Source: Lama guanicoe (taxonomy: Eukaryota). Taken from it: 64,000 bases of DNA. A program made the translations under genes and the position numbers. The stretch is taken from contig MU056050.1 of NCBI GenBank assembly GCA_013239625.1, positions 3,768,084-3,832,083 of the forward strand, read 5' to 3'. The notes beneath the pieces were generated by a model that was given only the letters and a program-made list of their open reading frames with translations, was not told the DNA's origin and made no database searches. This document shows, piece by piece, positions 62,953-64,000 of this stretch. Within the stretch, counting starts at the first letter, position 1; each line of letters opens with the position of its first letter.

Positions 62953-63689
62953 TCTTGCTCTTGCCATTTCTTTCCTAGAAGTGATGAAAATACATATTCC
63001 CCTTTTTAATTCATCCCTTCAAATCCAACCTCATCATTTTAAGTGTATTTATTTAGGAATTATTTAGGTAATATAAGTGATCTCTTGAAAGCTGTGGCTG
63101 CCACCAGTCTTAATGAAGTATATCTAATTTAATTGAGTGTCCTTGTTTTTGGAAATCTAATATAACCAAAGTTGTCTTTTTGTAACTTTCTTTAGGAATG
63201 CAGAATTATAAGAAAAAACTCACTATTTCTTAACTATTATATGGTATAGTACTATGTCTATGTTATGTACTTTTTGAATGAATTAGTGAATGAATGAGTA
63301 AACTCTTAATCATTAATACAGAGTACTGTTTACAATAAGAAAACTAGTGGGAGTGCTTGTTCATTGGAACCAGCAAAACTCTAAATACCTGGAACATGGA
63401 GTTCTTTTTACTAGTATAAATGCTGACATTTTGAAGAATACTATACATTCCTATACATATCTCTGAATATTTTCTCACAAAAATACCTAGAAAGAAATTT
63501 GACTTTCTAAAGGATAAAAACAGATATAGGGCCATTCAGTTGTCCCACAGAAAGGATATATGAATTTGTGCTCCGAATCATAGTGTTAGGGAATGCTGTT
63601 TACTCATTATTATCATTATTAGTAATAAGGTTAAAGATAATCTTTCATCATTTTAATTTCTATTTCTTTGATAGTTATATCTTTCTAGA

Positions 63690-63865
63690 GTAATTATATA
63701 TAATTATATAGTGATTACTATATAAAGCAATTATAGAAATCACTGTATAATTATAGCTATATAGTAACTATGTGAACCAGTATATAATGGTTACTATATA
63801 TTGATTATTACATATTTATTTGATTATTTTAATTTATATATATATAAATATATACATATATGTTA
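63690..63865. repeat. AT-rich low-complexity region with two adjacent inverted repeats
   Basis: Arms at 63699-63722 / 63732-63755 and 63758-63771 / 63787-63800. Confidence 0.8.
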
Positions 63866-64000
63866 TCTGATATATGGGTTTGGGGATTATGAAATTTCTG
63901 AGCTATAATTAGCATCAATGGCTAATAAATTGAAGTGAGTTTCATTCAACATCCATTTAATAAATATAATATGTTACACTTATATAACTTTTATAACACT

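Noticed and set aside
706..63535. Remaining ORF-track entries as CDS
   Set aside because: They are short, F/L/I-biased chance ORFs, or decayed or antisense readings of L1, L2, CR1 and LTR sequence. I recognised no cellular domain or exon chain.
1..64000. Host-gene orientation from repeat strand bias or base skew
   Set aside because: LTRs lean minus while L1s lean plus, so the signals conflict, and I could not count skew reliably.
1..64000. CRISPR arrays, prokaryotic operons or defence systems, tRNA/rRNA genes, NUMTs, CpG island
   Set aside because: No regularly spaced repeat-spacer array, long ORFs, recognisable structural RNA or CpG-dense region; the window is mammalian non-coding DNA.

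Overview
This is AT-rich, CpG-depleted eutherian nuclear DNA (deep intron or intergenic) and not a microbial locus. I found no supportable protein-coding exon, RNA gene, CpG island or CRISPR array. The ORF-track entries I can recognise are decayed transposon proteins (Tigger1 transposase, L1 ORF1, CR1/L3 ORF2, MaLR internal ORF) or chance ORFs. Roughly half the window is interspersed repeats: MIR, L2, L3/CR1, L4, old L1M elements, MaLR/ERVL/ERV1 LTRs and the DNA transposons Tigger1, MER20, MER3, MER5 and MER81. A short young L1 3' end, two young ERV1 LTRs and the absence of Alu, B1/B2, Bov-tA/CHR, PRE and SINEC suggest a cetartiodactyl, probably a camelid (inference). I did not find a novel biological system. 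The most interesting signals are structural: a four-tier nest with readable target-site duplications (L1MC > MLT2 > Tigger1 > 22-nt hairpin micro-insert), an ORF1-only L1 bounded by an apparent TSD, a long CR1/L3 fossil split by about 9.5 kb of younger insertions, an LTR whose 4-bp TSD is visible only through opposite-strand CpG decay, a MER41-like LTR with a GAS site, and an AT-rich double hairpin. Subfamily names come from recalled consensus sequences and need RepeatMasker/Dfam confirmation. Boundaries without a quoted TSD or TIR are approximate.
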